Assembly: GCF_009834535.1 (NCBI RefSeq)
Contig: NC_045696.1
Span: forward strand, 4,466,001 to 4,530,000
DNA length: 64,000 nucleotides
Source: Camelus ferus
Taxonomy: Eukaryota
Direction of reading: 5' to 3'
Under the pieces are notes generated by a model. That model was not told the DNA's origin, did not search any database, and saw only the letters and a program-made list of their open reading frames with translations. Positions 13,735 through 27,477 of this stretch are shown in pieces. Numbering within the stretch: position 1 is the first letter of the stretch; every line of letters starts with the position of its first letter. Both the position numbers and the translations under genes were made by a program.

Positions 13735-14412
13735 TTTTAAGAGCAGTTTTAGGTTCACAGCAAAATTGAATGAAAAGTAGAGTTCCCATATACCCTCTTT
13801 TCCCCCACAGACACAGCCCCGTTATCAGCATCCCCTACCACTGTGGTAGATTTGCTGTAATCAGTGAACCGACACTGATACGTCATAATCACCCGAGGTC
13901 CATAGTTCACATTGGGGTTCACTCTTGGTGTTGTCCGTTCTGTGGGTTTTGACAAGTGCATGGTGGCACGCATCCACCATTATGTGTCATACAGAGTATT
14001 TTCACTGCCCCAGAAGTCTTCTGCGTTCTACCTAGTCATCGCTCCCTTCCCCACTAAACCCTGGCAACCACTGATGTTTTTATTGTCGCCTTAGTTTTTT
14101 CTTTTCTAGAATTTCATATGGTTGGGATCATATCGTATACAGCCTTTTCAGATTGGCTTCTTTCACTTATTCGTATGCATTTAAATTTACTCCATGTCTT
14201 TCATAGCTTAACAGCTCATTTCTTTTTAGTGCTGAGTAATAGTCCATGGTCTGGGTGGACCACAGTTTATTTATCCATTCACCCACTGAAGGACAACTGG
14301 TTACCTCCAAGTCCTGGGGATTACCAGTTAAGCTGTTGTAAACATACGTGTGCAGGTTTTGTGTAGACACAGTTTTCAGCTCCTTTGAGTAATCACCAAG
14401 GAGCAGGTAATG
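13735..14412 (-). mobile_element. L1MC-type 3' end
   Basis: GAGCAGTTTTAGGTTCACAGCAAAATTG..GTTCACTCTTGGTGTTGT..CTGGCAACCACTGAT..TTCAGATTGGCTTCTTTCACTT. Confidence 0.85.
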
Positions 14413-16999
14413 CACTTTTTAAACACCTGGTGGCAGATGTTCAATGGGCATTGGCTTCTTCACTGGGCAGAGTTCCTCGAGAAGGTTAGCTGGTCAGCAT
14501 CATTACCTGGTCCCCCAGGCTGTGCTACGTGGCAGGTGGTTACAAAGTGAGCCCCTGTCATGTGGTCATTGCTGTCTTCAGTGCTGGAGAAGAGACAAAA
14601 GGCGTCCGTGCTTTGCTGTCCTCATAAGAACTCCCTGAAAACACCGTCTCCAATCTCTGTGATAAATGCACCATGGAAAACTCATATTTGCATAAAACCC
14701 CAAAGCTTCATTGTCATCATTCAAGAGGAAACTACTGCCCAGGCAATCTGATGTGAGGAACCGGACTCATGGGGGCAGGCCAGGAACCACAGTGATTCCC
14801 GGATGTGGTGTGGATGGATCAGTCTATCAGAGGCAGGGATCTGGCAGGTAAAGTTGCTGGCAGTCTGGGAATTTGGGGCCAGCCCAGAGTTAACATTTTT
14901 TGAATTGTACTTTCTGCCAGGTGGCGGAGTCAATGGCTTATCTTTGCCCCCACCACTCTGTTATGTCGTATTTCTCACCCTTCCCAACATCGTGCTTCCC
15001 ACTCGGTCTGAACCGGCCAGGACCCCCAGTCACACACTCACACAGCAGCCTGGAGCCTTCCATGAGGGCTGCGTCACAAATGGGCCTTGAATTGCATTTG
15101 TCTATTTATTTGTGTCTCCTCCCCGACCAGGGAACAGCTCTAAAGGCAGGAATCTGTCTCTGGTTTTCCCTCTCCTGCCCAGGATCCAGTAAGGCCCCAG
15201 GCACACTTGCTGAAAGATGAAACCACTGGTCGACCCTCCAGTGTCCCAGAGAGAACGCGGAACGGGCTGTCTCCCCATCAAGGTGAACACGGAAAGTCAC
15301 AAGCACACCGTCATGGTGTCTTCACTCCTGGGTGTGAGGTCTGTCTTCAGGTCCGGCCCTCAGAACTGAAAGGCTGGAGTCTGGATCTTTCCTCTCTGCT
15401 CAGGTCTTGGCCTTCTGCTTGGTTTCCTGCACTTTGCATGCAGTTTAATTACGCTGTGGAATGGAAATCCCGGGACCAAGACAGGTCCCTAAAAGAAAAT
15501 CATCTCTCATCTCTCTTTCCATGTATGTATATCTCTTTAATTTATATTTAAATATAAAATACTTATAAATATGTATCTATAAAACATATATTTAATTTTT
15601 ATTTATTTATTTTTATTTATATACAATATCAACAGAAACATCTAATTTTTCCTTCACTTTGCATGTTTATCTTACTTTTCTTGAGCATCCAAACAGGATC
15701 TCAAAAATTGAATCTACTTCCTTTCTGTTGTGTCATAAAAACTAGAGAAATGGAGGGAGGGGAGAAACAGAACTGCCATCAAAGATGGCATGACCACTAA
15801 CCTGAATGCAGGGGAAGCACGAGGCAGCACGCATGCCTGGGTTCGGTGGCTAATAAAGCATCTGTCAATTGTAAGTAATAATTCTGGGGAAGGAGTGGCC
15901 TCTGCTGCTGTGGGCGCTTCTCATCCTCGGGGCTGGGGCGGCCATGAGCACTTTACATACAGAGTTTATTCATGGGATAATAAGGTATAAAAATAAAAAC
16001 ATTTATTTTTATTCTGGTTGTAGAAGTGGGGAGGGGATGCCGCTGTAACAATACACAGGAATTGTTAGAGATCAGGCATAAATGACACCTGCTCTAGGGC
16101 TCAGACGTGAGCTGTAGCATGTCACTGGGATAGAAAGTTTTGAGGGTGTATCCTAGATGACCTGAACTGCAAAAAGCAGCTTTTCTGCAAGTGAAAATCT
16201 TTGTTTTATTGTTTGTCCTCCCTTGTATTCTCAATTTTTATGTGGATTTGTCCTTTTAGAGGTGCAGACAAATATATACTCACTGCAGCACTCGAATATG
16301 CATCCTTCAACAACTCCCTGCAGCGCACAAATCAGTGCAGCCCGGCGGGTCAGCGCCCCGCAGGCAGGTCCCGGCTCCCAGGAAGCCGGCTGCTGCCGCA
16401 CCGCTCAGCCCGCAGCTGGTGATGACAGCTGCTTGGAGCTTGGTTCTGCTCTGCCTGAAGTTAATTCCCTGATCGACCTTCAAGTTCCCTGGTGTGTTTT
16501 TGCTAATCTAAGGTGACTTCAAGTGAAGTCTCAGGAATGGTTCAACAGCATGGTGAACATGCCCGCCACACGTGTGCCCCATTTGGGTACCAAAGGGTGA
16601 GGGGTCTGCCTGCCTTTGGAAACAGAACTTCTCTCCAGAGCAACTGAAGTGAGAAACGAACAGGTCAGAGCACTCATATTCTTGGTTCCCTCTGTTCCAG
16701 GTTCCCTCTGCCTCCGGTCTGTGGGCCATGCCTGGGGTGATCAGTTGTATGGGGACTCATAATGGACCCATCATAGCGGCTGATGTTCACCCAGCACTGA
16801 CCGTCCCAGAGGCCAAGAGCGAGGAGCTGGCCTTTGAGTACCTGCATTTCTCTGAGACATCATCTAACTTTGAGACAGAGAATTGAAAGCAGGTTTGCAG
16901 ATCATAGTGGGTGTAAAATAAAACTACTTCCTGACTACATCTTCCCCAAGTTCAGCCCCTTCCATAAACTGACATGCCGCATGGACATCATCAACCTCA

Positions 17000-17130
17000 A
17001 TCCTCTCAAAACACTCTAAGTGTCTTAAGTGAGGTCACTATGCCCATTTTACAGATGAGGAAACTGAGGCTTAGAGCATTAAGTGATTCATTTGATAGGA
17101 GGTCAAAGAGCTCAAGAACAAAACTAGGCA
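17000..17130 (-). mobile_element. MIR (representative copy; further MIR remnants near 12030, 12510, 13230, 21550, 21810, 22550, 27560, 31070, 32770, 45370, 52740, 57270)
   Basis: Core CCCATTTTACAGATGAGGAAACTGAGGCTTAGAG..TTAAGTGA. Confidence 0.85.
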
Positions 17131-18670
17131 AAGAAACACATGCCATTGGGTTAATACAGTTAAGCTGGATGAGGAAAGGCTGCCTGAAACTATATGTGCT
17201 GTTGATTTCTCCTTAGAGACTTTGTTCCTGTCTGGAAGTTGGACACTTGGCTCTGGTATTGTAATAAAATCTTATGGAAGCAATTATATCAGCACTTAAT
17301 GAGAAACTGGTGTGTAGCGAATGAAGCATTAATATTCAAGTGAAGCAGAGTGATATTTGGTAAAGAATCCAAGTCTAAGATACTCTTAATCCTTGAATCT
17401 GATGTTGGTTTATTCAGAAGGGCATTAAAAGTGGTATTTTATTACTTGGCATGAGAAGGGACCAGGCTGAAGGGACAGAACTGGGAACTCAATAATCCCC
17501 TGAGGATCAGTGATCAGTTAGTTAAGAACAGAGATGGTGAGAATGACAACAGTGGAATGACAGTGACTCCAGACTCAGCTCCACCCAGGACGGTGGCCTA
17601 AGTCAGAATCCCTGCATCTGGCGTGCTGATGCTTGGAATCTGGGAAAGGAGACTGTAGTCAGTCAAGTTCTTGCAGTTGCTGGGAGTGAAAACATATCCT
17701 TAGCTTTGCAACACCTGAAGGTTGACCAACCCTAGCACCATCTCAGAGCCAAACCCAGCAGCTGCGGTAATTTGGTTCTGATTCAGCTGAAATGTTTGCC
17801 CCTAACTCCTGGGTGTCCATGCCTGCAGTGCCCTGGTTCACTTTCACTGTCTCCAGGATTCAACCCATTTGCAGATCTATTTGCCCTTCAAGTTCACACC
17901 ACGTATTATTATTATTTTTGTTGTTTTCATTACTTCCACATCTACCACCACCACCATCACCATCACTATGTTGTAAGTCCTCCTTCCTCCCGGAGTAGTT
18001 ACTCTTCTCTTACAATCAAATTACATTAATTCTGGAAGTCATATGATTTTGTCCTGTGAAACATGCCTACAAACCCTAAGCACAGCTACCATGAAAAAGT
18101 TCTAAAAAGTCTACAAGTAGATTTATGAGAGAACACAATAGGCCATAATAAAACTGCATGGATTGGGAATTTTTCAAAATGAAATATGGGGGAAATAGTA
18201 TAGAATAGTAGAATGGAAAACTGAATATTAGCTTAAAGATAACTTACTAAGTTCCTTTTTTATCTAGTCTGTATATTTGATTCCATCTTCCTGCTAAAAA
18301 GATAAAATAAAGGCTCATGTCTTAGACAAAACTTTCTGAGGGTAAAATTTAACAAATTATCTAAGTCAAAGTATACCAGTGATTTATAATTTTGCGCTCT
18401 AGGCTGTTAACAAAGTTTCAAGGCAATATCAAAATAGTGTCCTCCATGCCTCTAACCTACAGCATCCAGGTGTGGTCATAAAACACTAGTCACACATGAG
18501 CCAGGGATGTGTGGTCCCTCCTGGCCTGAGCCCTGGAGAGCTCTGGCAAGTTCTGCTAGGGGAAGTTGGAGACTGATTCAATTTTCTTTACCCTTTGACA
18601 TAAAACTCCAAGAAGAAATGGCAGCTTAGAAATTATTTTCCAAGGTAAAACATAAAGATTTGTTAGAAAG

Positions 18671-19180
18671 GTATATTTATACAATGGAATACTACTCAGC
18701 CATAAAAAAGAATAAAATAATGCCATTTGCAGCAACATGGATGGATCCGGAGATCGTCATTCTAAGTGAACTGAGCCAGAAAGAGAAAGAAAAATACCAT
18801 ATGATATCACTCATATGTGAAATCTAAAAAAAAAAAAAAAAAAAAAGCCAAACAAACTTATTTACAGAACAGAAACAGACTCACAGACATAGAAACAAAC
18901 TTATGGTTACCGGGGTGGTGGGGTGGTGGGAAGGGATAAATTGGGAGTTCAAGATTTGCAGATACTGACTGGTATACATAAAATAGGTAAACAAGTGTAT
19001 CTGTATAGCACAGAGAACTATATTCAATATCTTCTAGTAGCTTATGGTGAAAAAGAATATGAAAACGAATATACGTATATTCATGTATGACTGAAGCATT
19101 TCTGCTGTACACCAGAAATTGACACAACAATGTAAACTGACTATGCTTCAATAAAAAAAATTATAAATTAAAAAAAACAA
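18671..19180 (+). mobile_element. Young 5'-truncated L1 (3'UTR plus A tail)
   Basis: CAATGGAATACTACTCAGCCATAAAAAAGAAT..GCAGCAACATGGATGG..., ending CTTCAATAAAAAAAA. Confidence 0.9.
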
Positions 19181-20324
19181 AAGAGAACAAGGGATGAAAC
19201 AGTAGGATCAGGCGAACTCCACACTCAGCATGTGCTCTGTGATAAAACGGTTGTTTTGTAGCTTATGGGTTTTAGTGCACTTTGCTTCTGAATCAAATAG
19301 AAGCTGTTTTCAGTTCTTTACACAACTCTTTTCTCCTTCTTTACAGAGGCAGACCTCTTAGAGATGGAGTGGGCTGGTGACCTGAAATGAACGGGATCAT
19401 GAGGAAGGGGCAGAGTGATAATTCTGGAGTCATAATCGAGACAGTAAAACGCTAAAGCACACTATTTTCAGGACATATTTAAGACTGTAATTACTTGGCA
19501 ATGGTGAGTTATAAGATAATTTTCATAGTCACTATAGATAGGGGCAGGGTAAAAATCTTTGATGTTATGTTAGATCATTCAGACTCCTAAATTGTCTTGT
19601 TAAGTCATTTAAAATTAAAGTAGATAATCTTACTATGCCTAAATATGAAAACTTTTAACTAAATATTTTAGGTATGAAAATCATTAATAATGAATTCATT
19701 CCTTCAAATAACTTAGATAGGATTTTAAATTTCTGTTACGATACAACAAAATCTTCAACCTTGGCTTTATAAAAGCACTGGTGTTTTAAACGTAACAACT
19801 TACTACCCAACTTCCTTTAAATAAGAACTCTGTCAGGTTTTTGTTTGTTTGTTTTTTCACTCTGAAAATTGATGTTCAGAATAAGGACCATGAAGTTGAA
19901 TAAATAGGGGAAGCTGGTTCAGTTTGTCCTGAGTTTCTGGATCCTTCTCCCAGGATGGTGTTTGCCTTTTTTTTCCCTTAACTCAGAACTTAAGCCCCTT
20001 TTCCTTTTCCAACATAGTTCTGCTTTTATATCAATAAGTGCATATGCTTAAGGAGGTGTGATGAGTAACTCCTTCCAGGCATAACTGAGATCTACTTGCA
20101 AGCAGAAATTCAAGTCCCAGGAATGGAATATCAATTAAGAAATCCCAGGTACCATTGAATTGTTGGGAAAGCATCTGGAGTGGGGAGTGGACACAGGAAT
20201 ACGATCTTGCATCTCTGAGGTCATGTTAATGAAATTCTGTCCCATGCTAAAAATATCCTTGGAATCATAAAGACTGAATTGTATTTGAATGGTTTGGATG
20301 TGTGTCACTGTAGTGCAGTCTCTT

Positions 20325-20545
20325 GCAGACACTAACTACTATATATAAAATAGATAAACAACAAGGTCCTACTGTATAGCACAGGGAGATACATTCAATG
20401 CCTTGTAGTAATAGCTTATAATGAAAATAAAATGAAAAGGAATATATATGTATGTATGTGTGTATATATGTATGTATAACTGAATCACTATGCTGTACAT
20501 CACAAATTAACACAACATGGTAAATCAACTATACTTCAATAAAAA
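20325..20545 (+). mobile_element. Short L1 3' end
   Basis: AACAACAAGGTCCTACTGTATAGCACAGGG..ACTATACTTCAATAAAAA. Confidence 0.85.
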
Positions 20546-20654
20546 CAGTGCTCACTCATATAGGATAATAACTGTTTTAAAATTTGCATCAATGAAGGGC
20601 CTTGTGCTAAATCTTTTCACATCTATTGTCTCATCTAAGCAAACTCTTTTTTAA

Positions 20655-20880
20655 ATTTTTTTTTTTATTGAAGTACAGTCAGTTACCATGTGTCAGTTTC
20701 TGGTGTACAGCACAATGTCCCATTCACGCATATACATACATACATTCGTTTTCATATTCTTTTTCATCAAAGGTTATTACAAGATATTGAACATAGTTCC
20801 CTGTGTTCTACAGAAAAAACTTTCTTTTAAATCTATTTCTACATATAGTGCTAACATTTGTAAATCTCAAACTCCCAAAT
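20655..20880 (-). mobile_element. Short L1 3' end
   Basis: Poly-T followed by TTATTGAAGTACAGTCAG..., the reverse of the 18671 family 3' end. Confidence 0.85.
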
Positions 20881-21046
20881 CTTGAACGTGTCCAGACACT
20901 GCTGCCCTGTTCTCCCACCACCCCCAGCTCTTTCTGGATTCACTCAAGTCCTTGACCTTCAATAACTCTTTTCAAAACCTCTCCTGACCAAGTCATCCTC
21001 AACTCCTTTGATAGCATTAATTTTGCAGTTCATACATTAATTAGTC

Positions 21047-21332
21047 TAGGGGTCGGCAAACCACAGCCCAGACACAAAACAGTTTTAACATCTTTAAGTG
21101 ATTGAAAAAAAGCAGGAGTATTTGTGGCATGTGAAAATTGTGTGAAATTTACATTTGTGTCCATCAATAAAAGTTTTGGGGGAACACAGTTAGGCCTGTT
21201 CATGTCCGTCTCATCTGTGATTGCTTTGGGGTACTAAGGCAGAGGTGGGTGGTTGAGACTATGATTATATGGCCCATAAAAACCTAAAATATTTACCATC
21301 CAGTCCTTTCAGACAAAGGTTGCTGACCCCGG
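21047..21332 (+). mobile_element. MER58-type hAT MITE
   Basis: Terminal inverted repeats AGGGGTCGGCAAAC / GGTTGCTGACCCC. Internal AATAAAAGTTTT..GAACACAG and CCTAAAATATTTAC. Confidence 0.8.
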
Positions 21333-22310
21333 CACCAGACCGTCACCCTCCCATGTCTTCACCATCTCGGTTTATGCCTTGAATTATTCCTGAGCTTCCC
21401 CCAAGCTGAGAAGCGTAGAGTATGTGCTGTAGTCTGGGTTGATATGAAGCATAAGAAGTGACTCCCAGGAGAAGCGGATGCGCGACTCACGTGTGGGTAA
21501 TCGGGATCTGACTAATAATTGAAAAACTTAGTCCAGGCAGGAAATAATACCTATTTAGTGCTCCTTATGATAGAAACTCTTTACAAATACCTCGTTTAAT
21601 TGTCCCTTCAGTCTTGTGTGGAAGGCATTTTTACTCCCATTTTACAGATGAGAAAACTCAGGCACAAATTGGTTAAGGGATTTCTAAGGGTCAGCTGATC
21701 AGTGGAGGAGACAGACCTTGAAAGAGCTTAATCTGAGTCTCCAGACCTCATCTTAGCCACTTTGCTCTGCTGTCTCAAGACCTTTGGTGGAAAGTTGAAG
21801 ACTGACTTCAAATCCAAATCCCCCAGTGCTTAGCTGTGTGACCTTGGGCAAGTCCTTAACCTCTCTAGGGGCATGAGAAGTATTTCCACACATGCTCACT
21901 GTGAGGCTGAGAAAAGGTGGTCTCTGTGGATATGCCTGGCAGACGCCACGACAAATGTGACGGTCAAATCTTAAAGTTCCAAGCTTTATAAAATTTCCAA
22001 ATGTCCAGCAGTATTTATTCCTGATTTAAAACAAACTATTTCCATTAGCCACAGTATCTTATTTATCTCATGCTTTTAAAAGCCAGGTGTCCTGTGGCTC
22101 TGATGTCGCTCTTCATTGTTGAGAGAGGAGCTTGCCCTGGACCCCACGTGTCCTGGGCCTTGTGTTTTCCGCCAGCATCCATGGAACAGTAATAGGCTAA
22201 CTTGTTAGCTTGTAATTGGGGTCAAGTCTCAGCCCCTTCACAGTTCTTGATCTATGTGTGGTGCTGACTGGTCAGAGTATGGGCAGCAGTAAGTAAAGGT
22301 ATGCGGACCA

Positions 22311-22466
22311 GGGGAGGGTATAGCTCAGTGGTAGAGCGCGTGCTTAGCCTGTTTGAGATGCTGGGTTCAGTCCCCAGTGCCTCTGTTAAAAGTAAATATG
22401 TAGATAAATAAGTAAATAAACCAAATTACCTCTCCCACACCCCAATAAAATAAAATAAATTAGTTT
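22311..22466 (+). mobile_element. tRNA-derived SINE (Vic-1-like) with target-site duplication (TSD)
   Basis: Head GGGGAGGGTATAGCTCAGTGGTAGAG and A-rich tail. TSD TAAAGGTATGCGGACC (22294-22309) / TAAATGTATGTGGACC (22467-22482). Confidence 0.9.
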
Positions 22467-22997
22467 TAAATGTATGTGGACCTTTCATTAATTGGTTGTG
22501 CTCAGAAAATAGTTTTCTGGGACACAATGTCCAGCTTGGGTGAATAATGGTAATGGTAATCACGGCTGATGTTTACTGAGCCAAGCGCCATTCAACGTGC
22601 ATATCTGTATCTCATGCTCTACTAAGTGCACCTTGTTGGGGTAGGTGCATCCTTCTTTAGGTGAGGAAACTGAGACACAGAAAAGCTAAGTCACATGCCA
22701 AGGTCCATGGCCAGTGAGGGCTGGAAATGGGATTCAAACTGCACTCTCCTGACCCCGTGCCTGGGCTCCTGCTCCCCGAGCAGCACCGGGGTGTGTGCTG
22801 GTCACGTCAGGTAACAAGAGGACTGGGCTGGACGGGGACCTGGGCAGAAAACCAGGAGGAGTGGGCTCCAGCCAGACTTTGAGCTAACTGTGCCAGACCT
22901 TCAGCAAGCTCCAGACCCCCCGCCTCCAATGACTGTGCTGAGCCTGAAGAGCTCCAAAGCCTAGCTTTGAGTAATATGGCTTTCAAAGAGCTGTTAT

Positions 22998-23519
22998 ATT
23001 TCTTTTTTATGGCTGAGTAGTATTTCATTGCATATAGTAGGATTTCATCTTCTTTATACTATTCAGCCATAAAAATAAATAAAATAATGTCATTTGCAGC
23101 AACATGGATGGACCTAGAAATTATTATACTAAATGAAGTAATTCAGAAAGAGGAAGACAAATATCATATGATAATCACTTATATATAGAATCTAAAAAAA
23201 TGATACAACTGAACTTATTTACAAACCAGAAATAGGTTCACAGACAAAATAAACTATGGTTACCAAAGGATAAAGGGGTTGGGGGGATAAATTAGGAGTT
23301 TGGGATTAGCATTTACACACTACTGTGTATAAAATAGGTAAACAACAAGGACCTACTGTATAGCACAGGGAACTATAGTCAATATCTTGTAGTAACCTAT
23401 AGTGGAAGAGAATCTGAAAAAGTATGTACATATGTATATGTATAACTGAATCACTTTGTTGTACACTTGAAACTAACACATTGTAAATCAACTATACTTC
23501 AATAAAAATAAATTAAAAA
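22998..23519 (+). mobile_element. L1 3' end with 5' inversion
   Basis: 22999-23057 is antisense L1 and 23058-23519 is sense. TSD AAAGAGCTGTTAT / AAAAAGCTGTTAT. Confidence 0.85.
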
Positions 23520-25049
23520 GCTGTTATGTATAAAGTGCTTTGCACCTTGAATAAGATCTTAAAAAGAAATGGACAGAGTGTTATAGACCTATTTGGGAAA
23601 AAAAAAAAACAGAAAAAAGCCTGAGTTCAAAATATTAATTTTTACCAACAGTGAAACAAAACCCTATGTTGTTACTGTGTACAACAAGATTATTTGATTG
23701 CACTAAGGTAACATTGTCGGGCACCCACTTCCATTAAATTTTCATTTTGTCAGTTGATGATACTGATGTTGTAGATGCAACATGAGAAAACGCCAAGCAT
23801 AAGAGAAAGGGGTCCGGAGGGCACCGGACCACCGTCTGCACCTGAGCCTGCAGAGGGACTGGTTTCTGCTCACAGGCGTCTCCAGTGATGTGAGTCCACA
23901 GCACCGACGTGTCAGCCTTTCTAACACCAGGACTAACAGCCCAAAAGGTTGAGGAAGGGCTTGGAGAGAAGTCAACCAAAATGCCTAAAATCTGATCCCA
24001 GTGGATCTGAGAGGAAAGGCAGGTGGAATGTGACACTTGAGGAGGACAAGACATCACTTTAAAACTGCCTTCCAAGATTATCAAGGGCATTTTAGGGACA
24101 ATAATGCCTATTCTAGAATTTCACAAATATATGAATGCAAACTGTAATACAATGAGCTAGGAGAAGAAAAAAGGACAAAACTTTTTTTTTTTCTGTAAGA
24201 AAAGCTTTACTAAGGACTAAAGTGATCACACACAAAAAGTCATGTAATTTGCCTTGACCTGCGAAAGAAATATACTGTCAACTTTTTCTTTTTTAACTGA
24301 GAAAATGTAGCTGAAATCTACTAGAAAGTGTGAAAGGGAACCGGGAAAGGATGCGTGGAAGATAACCCTTGTGATATCGAAAGTTTATTCTAACCTTGCA
24401 CATGAGCTTGGTGGCTGGGATGGGTTAGTTAGATTGGTGATTCTTTTTTCTCAGATATTTAGTCCTTATTCCTGGCTTATGACACTCTTGTCCCTTAAGT
24501 ATTCTATTATTTTTATTATTTTTAAAAAGTAATATAGGTACTATGAGTAGCTTAAAATTTAAAACCAGTACCCCTCCTATTATGTGTTAGCAATAAGAAG
24601 TGACTTGGAAATTTCAGATTTAACAGGAGTAGTCATCAGCCCTGATTCTCTCCCAGGGGAGGAAGGGCTCAGAGAGGAGTCCAAGACCAAGAGGGGAAAA
24701 GGCAGGAGACCCCAGTTCAATAGGTGTGAGTGTCCAATAAAGAATGAGTGTCCTTGTTCCCAGTTCCTCCCAGTTCACCCTCCTCAGGTCAAACACCATC
24801 AAACGGTGTTTGATGTGACCAGGAGGATTCAAGAACTGCTGCCACTTTCCTGGGAGTCCCAGGTACCCACACCATGCAAACCACCCATCAATAGGTAATG
24901 TCTATGCAGACATCGGCCACCAGGTGGTGTCCAACCGCACAAAGGACCAACCTGGGTTGAGCCCTGTGCCCAGACCCCCAGGAAAGGCAGGCTCACCCTG
25001 GTCACTCATTAGCCTCCAAAGAATGCCACTCTGCATTGACATGGTTTAT

Positions 25050-27400
25050 TTTAAACACCTTTTTTTTTTCAATGCCATTTTACCATAGCATTTCTAAATT
25101 AAAAAAAAAAAAGATATTACTTTACCCTTCCCACCCCCAACTTGCACTCCCCAGAAGCTATTTTCAATTTCTAAGGGCTTTTTTTTTCTTTTCCAGTATT
25201 GACTTCCATATTTAGAACTTAATAAAACTGATTATATTGTGATTTCTTCATTTCATTCAGTTGAAGACGTCATTTACTGACTTCCTACCGTGGGTGATGG
25301 AGTTTTTGTTCTCTTACACCTTAAGAAGACCCTTCTCCTCCCTACCCTCTCAATATATTAGTGTATCGACTTTTGACTAGTTCTGTTTCCATATTTATAT
25401 GATCACTGTGTAGACAGTAATCACACTTGGCCAATGGAGTCCTGCAATTACCTTTCCTCTCCTATACAAATTTTGTTATTCCTGAAGGTACTTCACTTCT
25501 TCCACTTGTTTTGTTTTCTACATCACTATCATTGTGGTCCTACCCATGCAAACAGAACTCTCCATCTCTCACTCATTCAGAAACATCAGGTTATCTGTTA
25601 GCGTCTAAACAGTTTTGTTCTCAGAAGCCTCCCTCTTGTTGCTGTCTGTGCTCTGCCCCAAAGCGGACTGGCTGCACTTGAGAATGACTGACAGCTGTCA
25701 TCCTGGGCTCTCCCTTCTCCATTCTTCTGGGGTGCCTCTGTCTTTCTCTCGTGGGGATCCCTGCTTCTTGGCAGGGAGCATGGGGAATGTCTTTCTCTTC
25801 CATGCTTCACTCTCTAGTTTTGGTGAAGTAAGTCTTTCAGTAGCTTTGGGAGAAGCGATTCATGGAAGGTAATGTTTTAGAGAGGTTTGTCTTTCTTCCA
25901 CCGCCCACTGTGAGGTTGATGGAGAGGCCAAGGTAGACCAGTAGACCAGCGTTTCTTCTTCCTCAGATATTTTAGACATCCTTCTTCTGTGTCCCAGTGT
26001 TGCTATTGAGAAATACAACGCCCTCTGGGCCATGATCATTCAATGAGAAAGATTTTAGGAAACTTTTAGGGTATTTACCTCATCCCTAGGGGTCACAAAA
26101 TTCAGAACTGACGTGCTTCGGAATCCTTCATACATTCATTCGTTTATTTTTGTTCTGGGTACTTATTGTGCCTCTTCATTCCAAAAGCTCATGTCCTTCA
26201 GTTCTGGGAAGATTTCCTGAATAATTTTCTTGATAGTATGTTTTTCTCTTTATTCTCTTTTTTCAGAAGCTCCTATAATTCAGATATTGGATCCCCTTGA
26301 TTCGTATTCTAGTTTTTTTTTCCCTCCTACATTTCATCCTTTTTTCTTTTTCATTCTACTTGCTGGGAGACTTTCTGACAACTTTATCTTCCAATTATCC
26401 CACTGATTTTTTAAATTTCTGCTATGATATTTTCACTTTTCAAGAGCTCATTTTTATGTAAGTCATCCTTTCCATATCATGATATACCTGATTCATAGTT
26501 GAAAATGTTTTGGTTATTTCCCAGGGGTCATTAATTATAAGGCTTTTTTTTTCCAGTTTCCTTCTGCTTAGTTTGGGCCTTTCTTAAAATGTCTGTCCAT
26601 CCTTGGATGTACCTTTATATTTCAAGAGGAGAACCAAAGTTGTCCATAGGAAACTCTACGTATCACGTGTGGGGGGTGGGAGGGAGGAGCTTGTTAGTTG
26701 GTGGGCTTCCCTTTAGGCTCTTCCACAGAGGAGTCCCCAAATGTTGGGTCTTTTCTTCCTGTAAAGACCACTTCCCCAAAGAGCAATCTGCAGTCTCACA
26801 GAGGAGGCAGAGGATGCAGGCAGGGGTGGTGTAAGTTTGGCTGCCGCATTCTGGAACCTGAACAAGGTGGGGAGAGAGGCTCTTAGGGATGTGGATTTCA
26901 ACTGAAGTCCCCCCCCTTTTTTTTTCCTGACAATCTACCCCCATCCACAGGGTTTCCAGGGTTCCTGATACTGAGTCCAGATGCTCTCAGGGGGGTTGTC
27001 CTAGTCTCCTGACAAGATCTTCCAGGAGACACCTGTCAGGGGAGTGTACCTGGGAGGCCACCTCTCCTTGAAGACTCCCCTTCAGAGCACCTGGTGCCTC
27101 CGGGTCCGTCAGTCATTCCAGGTTCCTAAAGCCCCAGCACCTTACCTGTTGTTGAGCCTTCCCCACAGACAAAGGTTCCAGCTTCTCCTTTGTGAAGTCA
27201 GCACACAAACTCCCCTTCCATGGCTTTTCAAGTTATGTTGGCACCTTTCGCGCACCATCATCTCCATTTCCACTCTCTGTCCTTTGGGACTCAGTTCTTG
27301 CACTGTCTTTGGAGTCCGGTTCCTGGGGGCAGAGTGAGTCCAGCTCTCCATGGTTTACTGGAAACTCCCTAGCATCTACCATATATTGTCTATTTTTAGG
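25050..27400 (-). mobile_element. Highly degenerate old L1 (L1ME-like) fragments
   Basis: T-rich strand bias and ORF1-region-like antisense motifs (GTTGCTATTGAGAA, CTTCAGTTCTGGGAA, CTCCTATAATTCAGATATTGGA). Boundaries are approximate. Confidence 0.5.
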
Positions 27401-27477
27401 CCTTTAGAGAATGATCCACAAAAAATTTAGAAAGTGTTTCCTACAAAAGTTAGGGAATGTGAGGACAATTCAGGCAG

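Noticed and set aside
22311..22385. tRNA-like sequences (also at 2191, 30034, 33520 and 50262)
   Set aside because: These are SINE heads with A-rich tails, four of the five with TSDs, and degenerate stems. They are not tRNA genes.
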